Shown here: positions 27,916 through 35,654 of the stretch, one piece after another
Layout: every line of letters begins with the position of its first letter
Numbering within the stretch: the first letter of the stretch is position 1
Origin: an uncultured Syntrophaceae bacterium
GTDB lineage: Bacteria; Desulfobacterota; Syntrophia; Syntrophales; UBA5619
Direction of reading: 5' to 3'
DNA: 64,000 nt
Assembly: GCA_964637025.1 (NCBI GenBank)
Contig: CAZWTL010000001.1
Coordinates: 9,394 to 73,393, forward strand
Program-made: the position numbers and the translations under genes
The notes under the pieces: generated by a model
The model's database searches: none
What the model was told of the DNA's origin: nothing
The model's input: only the letters and a program-made list of their open reading frames with translations

Positions 27916-28164
27916 ATGGCTCTTTCCACGAACAAAACAGTCACCCTGACGGGAATCGTCATTCCGGCGGACTGGAACGACCAACAGGAGGTGGTCGCCG
28001 CAGCCCTCGCAACAGCGGACGAACGGGAATACCGGATTGCAGGGAATAGAAAAGGCAAAGAGCTGTTGGACGCGCTTCAGCGACAGGTTGAGGCCGCCGG
28101 AGTGGTGGGGCGCGATGAAAAAGGAAGGGACGTCATCACCGTCAAAAGATATGTCGTGAAGTAA
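27916..28164 (+). CDS. Small hypothetical protein (82 aa)
   Basis: This is an ATG-initiated ORF with a purine-rich stretch (AAGGATGAGG) upstream and a normal, non-repetitive composition. It is the only plausible ORF in this interval. I did not recognise a family. Confidence 0.45.
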   Translation: MALSTNKTVTLTGIVIPADWNDQQEVVAAALATADEREYRIAGNRKGKELLDALQRQVEAAGVVGRDEKGRDVITVKRYVVK

Positions 28165-28244
28165 GGCGAAAGGCTGCAACGGTTCGGTACGGAGGGTGTT
28201 TTTTTATTGACAGACCTTGCCAAAAGGAGTAAAGGCCGACGAAA

Positions 28245-28306
28245 ATGCAAAGCAGGATTGCATCGTGATGTTCGTGTCTGTCCTGAAGGGTTTCCGAACC
28301 ATCACG
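28245..28306 (+). promoter_or_regulatory. Structured leader: two hairpins preceding an intrinsic terminator upstream of kamA
   Basis: The first hairpin is ATGCAA/TTGCAT (28245-28263). The second is CGTGATGTTCG/CGAAcCATCACG (28264-28306), 11 bp with one bulge. Confidence 0.35.
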
Positions 28307-28318
28307 AGGATTATCGAT

Positions 28319-28346
28319 AAAAAGAGAGGTCGCGTCCTCTCTTTTT
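28319..28346 (+). terminator. Rho-independent terminator (AGAGAGG-TCGCGT-CCTCTCT + T-run; A-run upstream makes it potentially bidirectional)
   Basis: A 7-bp GC-containing stem and 6-nt loop are followed by TTTTT. It sits 16 nt before the AGGAGG RBS of the kamA-like gene. Confidence 0.6.
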
Positions 28347-28377
28347 GAGCATTCAGAATATCAGGAGGCATTGACAA

Positions 28378-29679
28378 ATGGAAAGCGAGTCACTTTTTAC
28401 CGAGGAGGCGGAACCTCCAGGTCGTGGGACCGGCAACGGTCAATCCTACGATGGACATGCCGGTTCAACCATGAACATCCTTTACACCCCCCCGGCCCTG
28501 CCGGCGAGGCCGGCTCCGGCCTTATCCGCTTGCAAAGATGGCCGGGCACGGGCCTTCCGGAAACGTTTTTTCCCGAACACCCCCCTCAAGGAATGGAACG
28601 ATTGGCAATGGCAGCTTCGCAACCGCATCCGCGACGCGGAGACGCTGGGGAGAATGGTTCGCCTGTCGGAGGACGAACTCCACGCCATGATCGGCGCGGC
28701 GGGCTCGCTCCCCCTCGCCATCACCCCGTATTACATGAGCCTGATCGATCCTTGGAATCCACGCCAGGCTTTGCGCCGGACGGTCGTACCCACCGTGCAT
28801 GAGCACTTCCGTAGCAGCGGTGAGGCGGACGATCCGCTGCACGAGGATGAAGACAGCCCGGTTCCCGGCATTGTGCACCGCTATCCGGACCGTGTGTTGT
28901 TTCTGGTTACGGGGATCTGCTCCACCTATTGCCGTTACTGCACCCGGTCGCGTATGGTTGGACACCACGGCAACCGGTGCCTCAACACGGACCAGTGGGA
29001 AAAGGGAATCGCCTACATCGCGGCGCACCCGGAGGTGCGGGATGTCCTTCTGTCCGGAGGAGACCCCCTGACCCTGGCCGATGGGCAGCTGGAATGGCTG
29101 ATCGCCCATCTGCGTCGGATTCCCCACGTGGAGCTGATTAGGATCGGCACCAAGGCGCCGATCGTCCTTCCGCAGCGGATAACGCCCGCCCTGGTCCGGA
29201 TGCTGAGGCGCTACCATCCCCTCTGGATAAGCATCCATGCGACCCACCCGGACGAGCTGACGCCGGAAGCGTCCAGGGCGTGCCAGCGCCTGGCGGATGC
29301 CGGCATCCCCCTCGGCAGCCAGACGGTCCTGCTGGCGGGGATCAACGACGACGTGGGGACGATGACGCGCCTTATGCACGGGCTGCTGAAGATCAGGGTG
29401 AAGCCCTATTATCTGTACCAGTGTGATCCGATACCCGGCTCCTCCCATTTCCGGACGCCGGTGGCAAAGGGGCTGGAGGTCATCCGGGGCCTGAGGGGGT
29501 TCACCACCGGCTATGCGGTGCCGACCTATGTCATCGACGCACCCGGCGGCGGCGGCAAGATTCCGATCCTTCCCAAGTACGTCGAGGGACGCGAGGAAGG
29601 CGATCTGCTCCTGCGCAACTACGAAGGCAAGGTCTTCCGCTATCCGGATTGCCCGTCCGTGGAAGGCGTCATTCACTGA
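28378..29679 (+). CDS. kamA: Lysine 2,3-aminomutase (KamA/AblA family radical-SAM, PLP enzyme)
   Basis: Motifs are the CSTYCRYC radical-SAM triad, DPLHEDEDSPVPG, HRYPDRVL, the PLP-Lys context APGGGGK, and Asp residues in YQCD and VIDAP. AGGAGG lies 9 nt upstream of ATG 28378. Confidence 0.85.
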   Translation: MESESLFTEEAEPPGRGTGNGQSYDGHAGSTMNILYTPPALPARPAPALSACKDGRARAFRKRFFPNTPLKEWNDWQWQLRNRIRDAETLGRMVRLSEDELHAMIGAAGSLPLAITPYYMSLIDPWNPRQALRRTVVPTVHEHFRSSGEADDPLHEDEDSPVPGIVHRYPDRVLFLVTGICSTYCRYCTRSRMVGHHGNRCLNTDQWEKGIAYIAAHPEVRDVLLSGGDPLTLADGQLEWLIAHLRRIPHVELIRIGTKAPIVLPQRITPALVRMLRRYHPLWISIHATHPDELTPEASRACQRLADAGIPLGSQTVLLAGINDDVGTMTRLMHGLLKIRVKPYYLYQCDPIPGSSHFRTPVAKGLEVIRGLRGFTTGYAVPTYVIDAPGGGGKIPILPKYVEGREEGDLLLRNYEGKVFRYPDCPSVEGVIH

Positions 29680-29760
29680 ACCCGGGGACAGCGCGTCATT
29701 CCATGTTGAACCCCGCGCGAACGGGGGGAACGATGGCCGCTGTCCCCGATTAAATTCGCC

Positions 29761-30744
29761 ATGATGATCGGCATTACATACGATCTGCGGGACGACTACC
29801 TCGCCGAAGGTTACGGAGAGGAAGAAACGGCGGAGTTCGATCATCCGCGGACCATCGCCGCGATCGAGGAGACCCTGCAATCTCTCGGTTACGAAACGGA
29901 TCGGATCGGTCACCTCCGGGCGCTGGTCCGGCGGCTCGCAGCGGGAGACCGGTGGGATCTCGTTTTCAACATCGCCGAGGGGCTCCGGGGTTTTGGCCGC
30001 GAGGCCCAGGTTCCGGCCCTTCTGGACGCCTGGGAGATCCCTTACACCTTCTCCGATCCGCTTGTGCTGTCGCTCACCCTCCACAAGGGGATGACGAAAC
30101 GCGTCGTTCGCGATCTCGGAATCGCGACCCCGGATTTCGCCGTCGTCGGAACGCCGGAGGAGGCCGCAGCGGTGGATCTGCCCTTTCCGCTTTTTGCCAA
30201 GCCGGTTGCGGAAGGAACCGGGAAAGGGGTCACCGCCGCATCGAAGATCACAGATCGAAACGAACTCACCCGGATCTGCCGGAATCTGCTCGCCACATTC
30301 CATCAGCCCGTACTGGTTGAAACCTTTCTTCCGGGGCGCGAATTCACCGTCGGGATCATCGGGACCGGTGCCGAGGCATTCGTTCCCGGGGTGCTCGAGG
30401 TTTTCCTGACGGCCAAGGCGGAGAAAGAGGCCTATTCCTACGCGAACAAAGAGGACTGGCACGGGCGAATCGAATACCGCCTCGCTGACGACGCGATGGC
30501 CCTGGCGGCCCGGGAGGCGGCCCTGGCGGCTTGGCGGGGCCTCGGCTGCCGGGACGGGGGAAGGATCGATCTGCGCGCTGATGCGGATGGAACGCCAAAC
30601 TTCATCGAGGTGAATCCCTTGGCGGGCCTCCGGCCCGGCCATTCGGATCTCCCGATCCTCTGCGAGCTCGCCGGCATGCCTTACCGTGATCTCATCGACG
30701 GGATCATGCGTTCCGCGCTGAAACGCATCGGAAACCATCCATGA
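29761..30744 (+). CDS. ATP-grasp ligase, D-alanine--D-alanine-ligase-like family (paralogue 1)
   Basis: It is 327 aa. The N-terminus is IGITYDLRDDYL...EEETAEFD.... ATP-grasp core elements are LFAKPVAEGTGKGV and REFTVGI, with a C-terminal ...IEVNPLAGL.... Confidence 0.75.
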   Translation: MMIGITYDLRDDYLAEGYGEEETAEFDHPRTIAAIEETLQSLGYETDRIGHLRALVRRLAAGDRWDLVFNIAEGLRGFGREAQVPALLDAWEIPYTFSDPLVLSLTLHKGMTKRVVRDLGIATPDFAVVGTPEEAAAVDLPFPLFAKPVAEGTGKGVTAASKITDRNELTRICRNLLATFHQPVLVETFLPGREFTVGIIGTGAEAFVPGVLEVFLTAKAEKEAYSYANKEDWHGRIEYRLADDAMALAAREAALAAWRGLGCRDGGRIDLRADADGTPNFIEVNPLAGLRPGHSDLPILCELAGMPYRDLIDGIMRSALKRIGNHP

Positions 30745-31730
30745 AAATCGCCGTCGTCCATGGAGAGGTGGCCGCCGGTGCAGGCCGCGACGAACAGGAT
30801 GTCCTCGCGCAGGTGGACTGCGTCTCCCGCGGGTTGACCGCCCTGGGGCATGAAGCCGTTGCCGTTCCCGCTTCCATAAATCTCGATGCCCTCGCCCGCG
30901 CGCTGGCAGATATCCGCCCCGTGAAGGTCTTCAATCTCGTGGAGACGCTTGCAGGCAGGGGAGCCCTCATCCATCTTGTTCCCTCCCTCCTCGATGCCTT
31001 GAAGGTGCCCTATACGGGCGCCGGGGCGGACGCGATGTTCCTGACGTCGAACAAAATTCTCGCAAAGCGCCTCCTGGCCGCTGCAGGTCTTCCGACGCCG
31101 GGGTGGCTGTCGGCGGCGGACCGGCAAGGAACCCTGCCCATCGATGGGGCATGGCTTGTCAAGTCCGTCTGGGAGCATGCCTCCATCGGTCTCGATGAGG
31201 ATTCCGTTCTCTTGGCAACGGACCAAACCCGGCTTTTCGCGGAAATGGACGCCCGCCGGGAGGCATTGGGCGGGGCCTGCTTCGCGGAAGCCTATGTCGA
31301 CGGCAGGGAATTCAACCTTTCGATCCTGGACGGTCCCGAGGGGCCGCAGGCGCTTCCCCCTGCCGAGATCCGGTTCGATGCCTATCCGCCGGGCAAGGTC
31401 CGCGTGGTCGGCTATCGGTCGAAATGGGAGGAGGAGAGCTTCGAATTCGTCAACACCCCCAGGACGTTCGATTTCTCCGACGAGGATGCCCTTCTGCTGG
31501 CGCATCTCAAGGAAATGGCCCTTCGATGCTGGAACCTTTTCGATTTGCGCGGATATGCCCGGGTCGATTTCCGGGTCGATCGGCAGGGAAGACCCTGGAT
31601 TCTCGAAATCAACGCCAACCCCTGCCTTTCGCCGGATGCGGGTTTTCCCGCGGCTTGCCACCGGGTGGGATTGAGCTTTACGGATCTTCTGAACCGAATA
31701 TTGCATACGGGGGACCGGCGACCGGCCTGA
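30741..31730 (+). CDS. ATP-grasp ligase, D-alanine--D-alanine-ligase-like family (paralogue 2)
   Basis: It is 329 aa with motifs ...SNKILAKRLL..., WLVKSVWEHASIG, REFNLSIL and ARVDFRVD...PWILEINANP. The start overlaps the upstream stop (ATGA). Confidence 0.75.
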   Translation: MKIAVVHGEVAAGAGRDEQDVLAQVDCVSRGLTALGHEAVAVPASINLDALARALADIRPVKVFNLVETLAGRGALIHLVPSLLDALKVPYTGAGADAMFLTSNKILAKRLLAAAGLPTPGWLSAADRQGTLPIDGAWLVKSVWEHASIGLDEDSVLLATDQTRLFAEMDARREALGGACFAEAYVDGREFNLSILDGPEGPQALPPAEIRFDAYPPGKVRVVGYRSKWEEESFEFVNTPRTFDFSDEDALLLAHLKEMALRCWNLFDLRGYARVDFRVDRQGRPWILEINANPCLSPDAGFPAACHRVGLSFTDLLNRILHTGDRRPA

Positions 31731-31807
31731 ACCCTCCGGCCTTCCCCCAGGGGCGGTGCAGCGCTGCGGGCGCTGTGCCGATTCATATGACGAGGAAATG
31801 CAGAACC

Positions 31808-32155
31808 ATGTTCAAACCGCTTATCCTGTTAACCTTATCCAACCTGTTCATGACGTTTGCTTGGTACGGCCACCTCAAGACCATGAACGGCAAACCCCTC
31901 ATCCTGATCATCCTGCTAAGCTGGGGAATCGCCTTCTTTGAATACGTGCTCCAGGTACCCGCCAATCGCATCGGCATCCATTATTTTAATCTGGGTCAAC
32001 TCAAGGTCATCCAGGAGATCATCACGATGATCGTATTCGCCGGCTTCGCCGTCCTCTATATGAGACAGCCCCTGAAGATGGACTATCTCTGGGCCGGCTT
32101 CTGTCTCATCGGCGCCGCCTATTTCATTTTCCGGGGAGGCGCACCCCATGCCTGA
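31808..32155 (+). CDS. Half-size DMT-superfamily membrane protein (DUF486-like, about 4 TM)
   Basis: It is 115 aa and starts MFKPLILLTLSNLFMTFAWYGHLK, with ...FFEYVLQVPANRIG... further on, as in DUF486 DMT-family proteins. Confidence 0.65.
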   Translation: MFKPLILLTLSNLFMTFAWYGHLKTMNGKPLILIILLSWGIAFFEYVLQVPANRIGIHYFNLGQLKVIQEIITMIVFAGFAVLYMRQPLKMDYLWAGFCLIGAAYFIFRGGAPHA

Positions 32156-32663
32156 AAGCCCTTGGGCGTCTGTTCCGTGCTTCCGCGAGGAGGTTTCTCC
32201 GCAGGACAGCCAGAAGGTCGAACGCCTCGTCCGCGCGACAGGTTTTTTTTCGGAGGAGGAAATCGGCATCGCCGTCGAACTCGTCGAGGAGGGGCTGGCC
32301 AGAGGGAATGCGAGCGGCTACTGGTTTGTCTTCGCCGAAGCGGAGAACCGCCTGCTGGGTTACGCCTGTTTCGGCCCGATTCCCGGCAGCGTGCACAGCT
32401 TCGATCTGTATTGGATCGCCGTCGATCCCGGGGCACAGGGACGCGGGATCGGGCGGTTGCTGATGAAGGCCGCGGAACGGCGGATGGCTGAGCGGGGCGC
32501 GCGGCGGATCTTCGCGGATACCTCGTCCCGCCCCCAGTATGAGCCGACCCGCGCCTTCTACCGCGCCTGCGGTTATCTCGAAGAGGCGCTCCTGTCCGAT
32601 TTCTACGCCCCGCAGGACGGCAAGGTCATTTTCGCGAAGACACTCTCCGTTCCCACGGATTAG
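32148..32663 (+). CDS. GNAT-family N-acetyltransferase
   Basis: It has the acetyl-CoA binding loop AQGRGIGRLLM, with ...FYRACGY... at the C-terminal end. The start overlaps the DMT gene by 8 nt. Confidence 0.8.
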   Translation: MPESPWASVPCFREEVSPQDSQKVERLVRATGFFSEEEIGIAVELVEEGLARGNASGYWFVFAEAENRLLGYACFGPIPGSVHSFDLYWIAVDPGAQGRGIGRLLMKAAERRMAERGARRIFADTSSRPQYEPTRAFYRACGYLEEALLSDFYAPQDGKVIFAKTLSVPTD

Positions 32664-33103
32664 CCATTTCCATATATCCCGTTGCCCCTGAAAACTACTC
32701 AATGGGTGCAAACGGGGTTGAGACAGACTGTTCATTCGACAACGTTTCTCGTCCGTCACCTGTCGACTATTATGGTGTAGCCTGGCTGCCGTTCAAAGAT
32801 CGCATGAAGTTTGGTCGACAGCGTCGTTCCCGCCTTGAAAGTCTTCAGGGGCTCAGCGGGCAGATTTCAACTCTGTCCTGCCCCAGAAGGCGACGCCATC
32901 CAATCGGGGGCGAGGAATCGAAGGGCAGTTCATGTTGCACGTGGTCGAAGCAGTGAAGGTTTGTCAATAAGCTTTTTACGGGAACGGCTGACTTCAAACT
33001 CGCCATCTTGGTGGGGATCCATGAAGAATCAGCACGATGACGGAGGGGGCCGAGGCAATGCGAAACGGCTCCATGCGCCATGCTGGCCGATCCGGTGGTG
33101 GAG

Positions 33104-33811
33104 CTATCGCGTCAGCAGACTCAAGAGATTTACGATGACAGGTGCAATCACCAGGGCCGGCAGGAAGTTGCCCACCCGGATTCTTTTAAGTTCCAGGATG
33201 CTGCTGATTCCGATGCCGATCAGCAAAATCCCGCCCGTGGCCGTCATCTCGTTCATCATCGCCGTATTGACGACGGCGCTCAACCGTACCGCCAGAAGGC
33301 TGATCGCGCCCTGATAGACGAATACCGGAAGGGCTGAGAATGCGACCCCAATCCCCATGGTTGAAGCAAAGGCGATTGAAAGAAAACCGTCCAGGACGGA
33401 TTTGATCGCAAGGGTCAGGTAATCGCCGCTCATACCGTCGCTGATCGATCCCAGGATGGCCATCGGTCCTGTGCAGTACAGCACGGATGCGGCCAAAAAA
33501 CCGCGGACAAACAAACCGGTGGCACCCTGCGTCGAGCCGCCGGTAATCCGTCTTTCAAGCCAGATTCCCAGATTCTGCAACCCATCCTCGATCCTCATCC
33601 ACTCACCTAAGAGCGCCCCCATAATCAACGCACCCAGCACAACCAGCGGATTTTCCGTTTTGAGGAACATCTGCATGCCCACTGCAGCGGTGAATATCCC
33701 CATTCCCCCAAGCACGGCGGATTTGAGCTGATCGGACAGGCGCGGGCCAAAGAGCAGGCCGATGCCACTGCCTGCCAGGATTGAGATGACGTTGATAACC
33801 GTTCCGGTCAT
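33104..33811 (-). CDS. DUF554-family membrane protein
   Basis: It starts MTGTVINVISILAGSGIGLL, is a Gly-rich multi-TM protein, and is 235 aa from ATG 33811. Confidence 0.75.
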   Translation of the reverse strand: MTGTVINVISILAGSGIGLLFGPRLSDQLKSAVLGGMGIFTAAVGMQMFLKTENPLVVLGALIMGALLGEWMRIEDGLQNLGIWLERRITGGSTQGATGLFVRGFLAASVLYCTGPMAILGSISDGMSGDYLTLAIKSVLDGFLSIAFASTMGIGVAFSALPVFVYQGAISLLAVRLSAVVNTAMMNEMTATGGILLIGIGISSILELKRIRVGNFLPALVIAPVIVNLLSLLTR

Positions 33812-34232
33812 TTTCCCCAGGTCGCTCCTGCTGATGAGCCGGCGTGCCGGTTGTTGATCAATGCGCGTGCAACGCAAGAAACATGACGGCTGGTGAAAAA
33901 TGGAACGCAGGGCCCATGTCCCGCTTTTCATCGGAGATTTCGCCCATCATAGCAGGCTGACGGGTGCAGCCCATGAGCGTGCGTTTCAGTATCGCCCCTC
34001 TCCTGAATGGATTTCGGTTGGCAAGATGTAATTTTGGGCGCATTCGCTTGACTTTTCCAGGATCGGCGTATAGCAGGTCCGATTTTGCATTTCAAGCACC
34101 ATTCGCCTTGCCAGGTCCATTTGTTCCATATATGAAAACTCATAATCTAACATACAGAACATTCAGCTTGACATTGATTTTCCATATGCTAAAAAAAAAT
34201 CCCAATATACGGAACAATAATTATGGCGGGGA

Positions 34233-35045
34233 ATGGCCGTGAAGCGATTACCGTCAAGCCTCCAGAACCCATTGAATCCCGAAAATAAATACCGGGTGAC
34301 CTCACTCGACAAGGCGCTCTTGATTCTCGAACTGCTGATCGACCAGGGCCGGGATCTTTCCATCACGGAGATTTGTCAGAAACTCGGCATGGTCAAGGGA
34401 ACGGTGCATCGCGTCTTGGCCACCCTCGTGATGCGGAAATTTATCCAGCAGAACAGCAGAACCAAAATGTATGGCCTGGGCGTGCGGACGCTGGAGATCG
34501 GCATAGACTCCAAAAGAGAGAGGGTCCTCCGCATCGCCATGGCTCCCTTTATGATGGACCTCTATGAGCAGTGCGGCGAGACGATCAATGCCGCCGTATG
34601 GGAATACAACGGGATTCGCTACATCTACCGTTTGGAATCGGAGGCCTTACTGCGAATCTCCACGGTGGGGGGCGCGAGATTCCCGGGCTACTGCTGCGCC
34701 ACAGGTAAGGTCCTACTGTCCTACTTCAGCAACGAGGATATCCGGCAGATTTACAGTCTGAGCAATTCCTTGAAGAAGTTCACCCGGAACACGATCACCT
34801 CAATCGACAAATTGATTCAGGAAATCGAGGAAGTCCGGATCCAGAAACTGGCGGTCGACGATGAAGAGGCCCTGATTGGGGTCTACTGCGTAGCCGCGCC
34901 CATCTTGAACCCAAAAGGTGAATGTGTGGCCGCCATCAGTATTTCGGCGCCGAAGGAGCGGGCATCCGCAAATACGCGGGACACGCTCATGCAACTGGTT
35001 TCCGAAACGGCTGCAAAAATATCGAGTTCCTTAAGTACGCACTGA
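34233..35045 (+). CDS. IclR-family transcriptional regulator
   Basis: The N-terminal wHTH is SLDKALLILELL...LSITEICQKLGMVKGTVHRVLATL, followed by a C-terminal IclR effector domain. Confidence 0.85.
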   Translation: MAVKRLPSSLQNPLNPENKYRVTSLDKALLILELLIDQGRDLSITEICQKLGMVKGTVHRVLATLVMRKFIQQNSRTKMYGLGVRTLEIGIDSKRERVLRIAMAPFMMDLYEQCGETINAAVWEYNGIRYIYRLESEALLRISTVGGARFPGYCCATGKVLLSYFSNEDIRQIYSLSNSLKKFTRNTITSIDKLIQEIEEVRIQKLAVDDEEALIGVYCVAAPILNPKGECVAAISISAPKERASANTRDTLMQLVSETAAKISSSLSTH

Positions 35046-35081
35046 ATTTGGAAACACCATTCGAACTGTGGGGATGACGAT

Positions 35082-35654
35082 ATGATTGGGATTCGGTTTC
35101 ATGGCAGAGGGGGACAGGGAGCTGTCGTCGCATCAAAAATTCTGGCCCATGCCTATTTCAAACAGGGGTTCTATGTTCAAGCTTTTCCATCGTTCGGCAT
35201 GGAGAGGAAAGGGGCCGCGGTTTCCGCGTTCGTCAGACTCGATGACGCTCCCATTGTCGAGCGTGGAGAGATCAGGAATCCTTCAGCCATCATCGTGCTT
35301 GATTCTTCGCTGCTGCGCAAAGTGGATGTGACCCATGGCGTCAAGCCGGATGCGCTGATCCTGATCAATTGGCGGGAAAATGAAAAACAGAATCCCATCA
35401 AGGGTTCCCTTCGGGTGGCTGGAGTGGACGCCGTCAAAATAGCACTCCAGCATGGGTTGGGCTCGAAGACGGCCCCCATCATCAACACCGTCATCCTCGG
35501 GGCCTATGCCAGGGTTTCCGGAGATCTCGCGCTTGCAAACCTTCTGGAGGCCATTGAAACGGGTGTGCCGGTGAACCAAAAGCAGAACATGGCCGCCGCT
35601 GAAGCGGCATATCAGAGCGTATTCATGATCTCAGGAGATGTGAATGCAAACTAA
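35082..35654 (+). CDS. 2-oxoacid:ferredoxin oxidoreductase, gamma subunit
   Basis: It contains ...IRFHGRGGQGAVVASKILA... (the GRGGQG motif of POR/VOR gamma subunits); 190 aa. Confidence 0.85.
   Translation: MIGIRFHGRGGQGAVVASKILAHAYFKQGFYVQAFPSFGMERKGAAVSAFVRLDDAPIVERGEIRNPSAIIVLDSSLLRKVDVTHGVKPDALILINWRENEKQNPIKGSLRVAGVDAVKIALQHGLGSKTAPIINTVILGAYARVSGDLALANLLEAIETGVPVNQKQNMAAAEAAYQSVFMISGDVNAN

Noticed and set aside
28207-28346. I considered that the kamA leader might be a lysine (L-box) riboswitch.
   Set aside because: The element is far shorter than the five-helix L-box of about 180 nt, and I could not find its conserved junction sequences. I kept it only as an unclassified structured leader.
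28378-29679. I considered that the KamA-family gene might be EpmB (the EF-P beta-lysylation enzyme) or a glutamate 2,3-aminomutase.
   Set aside because: It is 433 aa with the full LAM-type N-terminal region, whereas EpmB is markedly shorter. No EpmA or efp gene is nearby. Both lysine-binding Asp positions are retained, which argues against glutamate specificity.
28522-30738. A 738-aa minus-strand ORF spans the kamA and first ATP-grasp genes.
   Set aside because: It lies exactly antisense to two genes with strong family motifs. Its translation is an Arg/Gly/Pro/Asp-rich low-information sequence, typical of the stop-poor antisense frame of GC3-rich genes. It has no recognisable motif or RBS.
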